From: Octopus bimaculoides
Taxonomy: Eukaryota
Direction of reading: 5' to 3'
Length of the DNA: 34,414 bases
Assembly: GCF_001194135.2 (NCBI RefSeq)
Contig: NC_068992.1
Location: 32,554,998 to 32,589,411, forward strand
Part shown: in pieces, positions 33,113 to 34,414 of the stretch
How positions within the stretch are numbered: the stretch's first letter is position 1
Layout of the letters: every line of letters begins with the position of its first letter
Position numbers and translations under genes: made by a program
The notes under the pieces: generated by a model
Database searches by the model: none
What the model was told of the DNA's origin: nothing
Seen by the model: only the letters and a program-made list of their open reading frames with translations

Positions 33113-33753
33113 ATGGAAGGTGAAAATACGTTTGTTTGAACTGAGAATGAAGGTCTTGTTGAGACGTCTGCAACGGCTATAGGTAAGGTAGAAAGGTAGA
33201 GGTCGCTCAGTGTGAGAGCCAGGAGTTTTAAAACTCGTAGCCCCACCTGGAGGACTATTTAGTCCTGAGGTCAAAAGATAAGAGGTACGCCAAGATCTTG
33301 TACTTCCGGTACGTCATATTCCAGCTTGAAGAGACCACTATCAAGGGACATACATCGAACCTCAACAACTTGAAGTCACATGTCAAGAGGAAAACCCCTT
33401 GCATGCCCTCCAGATTGAGGAGAGGATCAAGGCCGGCTCCTCACGTGGGAAACACAGGCAATCTTCTGGCAGCAGTGCCAGTAAACGTACGTCACGGATA
33501 TGTGTAAAGAAAGCTCGCCATCCTAGCATCGGCAAGCTGTTTGCCCAAACTACTAGCACTGGTGTCTGTCAGCCTATGGTGGACAGAAGGATTGCCGACC
33601 AGTTTGTCGACAACTTGCTGCTGCTGTATGTACTAGACTCCCTACACATTTTTACAGTCTGATCAAGACACTGAATCCCAGCATGACGTCGATGTCCCGC
33701 CGCATCCTGGGCAGGTTGTTCTTGGCCAGTCATAAACACCAGGAGCTTACAAG
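33113..33753 (+). pseudogene. hAT transposase first coding exon (BED zinc-finger region), with stops and frameshifts
   Basis: ATG at 33113; EFKNS*PHLEDYLVLRSKDK...RYVIFQLEETTIKGHTSNLNNLKSHVKRK (BED-like 'TSNL..H..R.H'); VCQPMVDRRIADQFVDNLLLLYVLDS...LIKTLNP..MSRRILGR ('PxxxVE..F..L...LNP...SRxTL' hAT motif); a splice-donor-like aag|gtatgt at 33753/33754. Confidence 0.82.
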
Positions 33754-34346
33754 GTATGTATACATTAATATTATACAAGTTTATTAAAATATAATAATGG
33801 AGCACTTCATATTTTCTCAATTTAATTTAATTATATAATTATTTCTTAAGTAATTATTTTCTCAATGTAATAAAATGTATAATAGCTACTTGAAATAAAT
33901 GTCATAATATATCATACACGGTATAAAATGCCACTCATGATTAAGTTTGCACAGTTAAAACAACAGTCTAATAAAATAACGAATAAACTAACATTAAGTC
34001 GTGAACTTATAAAATTCTGACTGTCGGTCTATCCGACATCTCGATTATTCACTCCCACCCAACGCGTCACTGATTAGGGCAGTGTCACTATTATCAAAAG
34101 TTGAATAACAAGGATTTAAATTATAAACAATATTCCCATGAATTTAGAACAGCATAGTAACCAGTGTTACACTACAATCTATGAACAAAATACGGCTATG
34201 AGGTACTGCATTCAAATGTCCTGCCTCCTTCTCACCAGCGAGAAATTGTACAAATCAATTGCCATTGTAGTTTGCGTGGAGATGCGGATGAAAGGCTACT
34301 TTTTTAGCAGGCCCTGATCATACTCTGCATTAGTTTGCATATCTAC

Positions 34347-34347
34347 A

Positions 34348-34401
<54 letters not shown>

Positions 34402-34414
34402 TATACACATGTAT
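34347..34414. repeat. (AC)n microsatellite
   Basis: Direct reading. Confidence 0.97.

Larger units (their letters stand above)
32512..33753 (+). mobile_element. hAT (Ac/Tol2-like) element left end and 5' transposase region
   Basis: Starts CAGAGGTGGG (Tol2-like terminus) at 32512. Subterminal clusters of ttagc/gctaa motifs lie at 32545-32670. The transposase remnant follows. Confidence 0.75.

Overview
AT-rich eukaryotic (animal) genomic DNA from a draft short-read assembly. It has 11 N-gaps (450-605, 1954-2243, 6440-6985, 13617-14283, 15896-15905, 16512-16943, 17970-18393, 19477-19795, 23785-23794, 29087-29657, 31210-31469) and very dense (TA)n/(CA)n/(GATA)n microsatellites. The repeat landscape resembles an octopus/cephalopod genome, which is an inference not confirmed by any search. 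No intact host gene, rRNA, tRNA or CRISPR array is supported, and most ORFs in the supplied track are microsatellite or N-gap artefacts. The window is mainly decayed transposons: two Helitron RepHel fragments in opposite orientation plus several Helitron 3' ends, two Penelope-like (GIY-YIG) fragments, two Tc1/mariner transposase fossils, two hAT fossils and three copies of one SINE-like family. The items most worth following up are: (i) an inverted copy of the BED-finger region inside a hAT element that would fold back around its start codon (Mu-killer-like hairpin); (ii) a B-box + (TAA)n + minimal hammerhead-ribozyme element; (iii) a ~1 kb diverged palindrome next to a second long inverted repeat; (iv) a 43-codon transmembrane small ORF or terminal exon whose internal repeat differs mainly at synonymous sites. 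All translations and alignments were done by eye, and identities are approximate.
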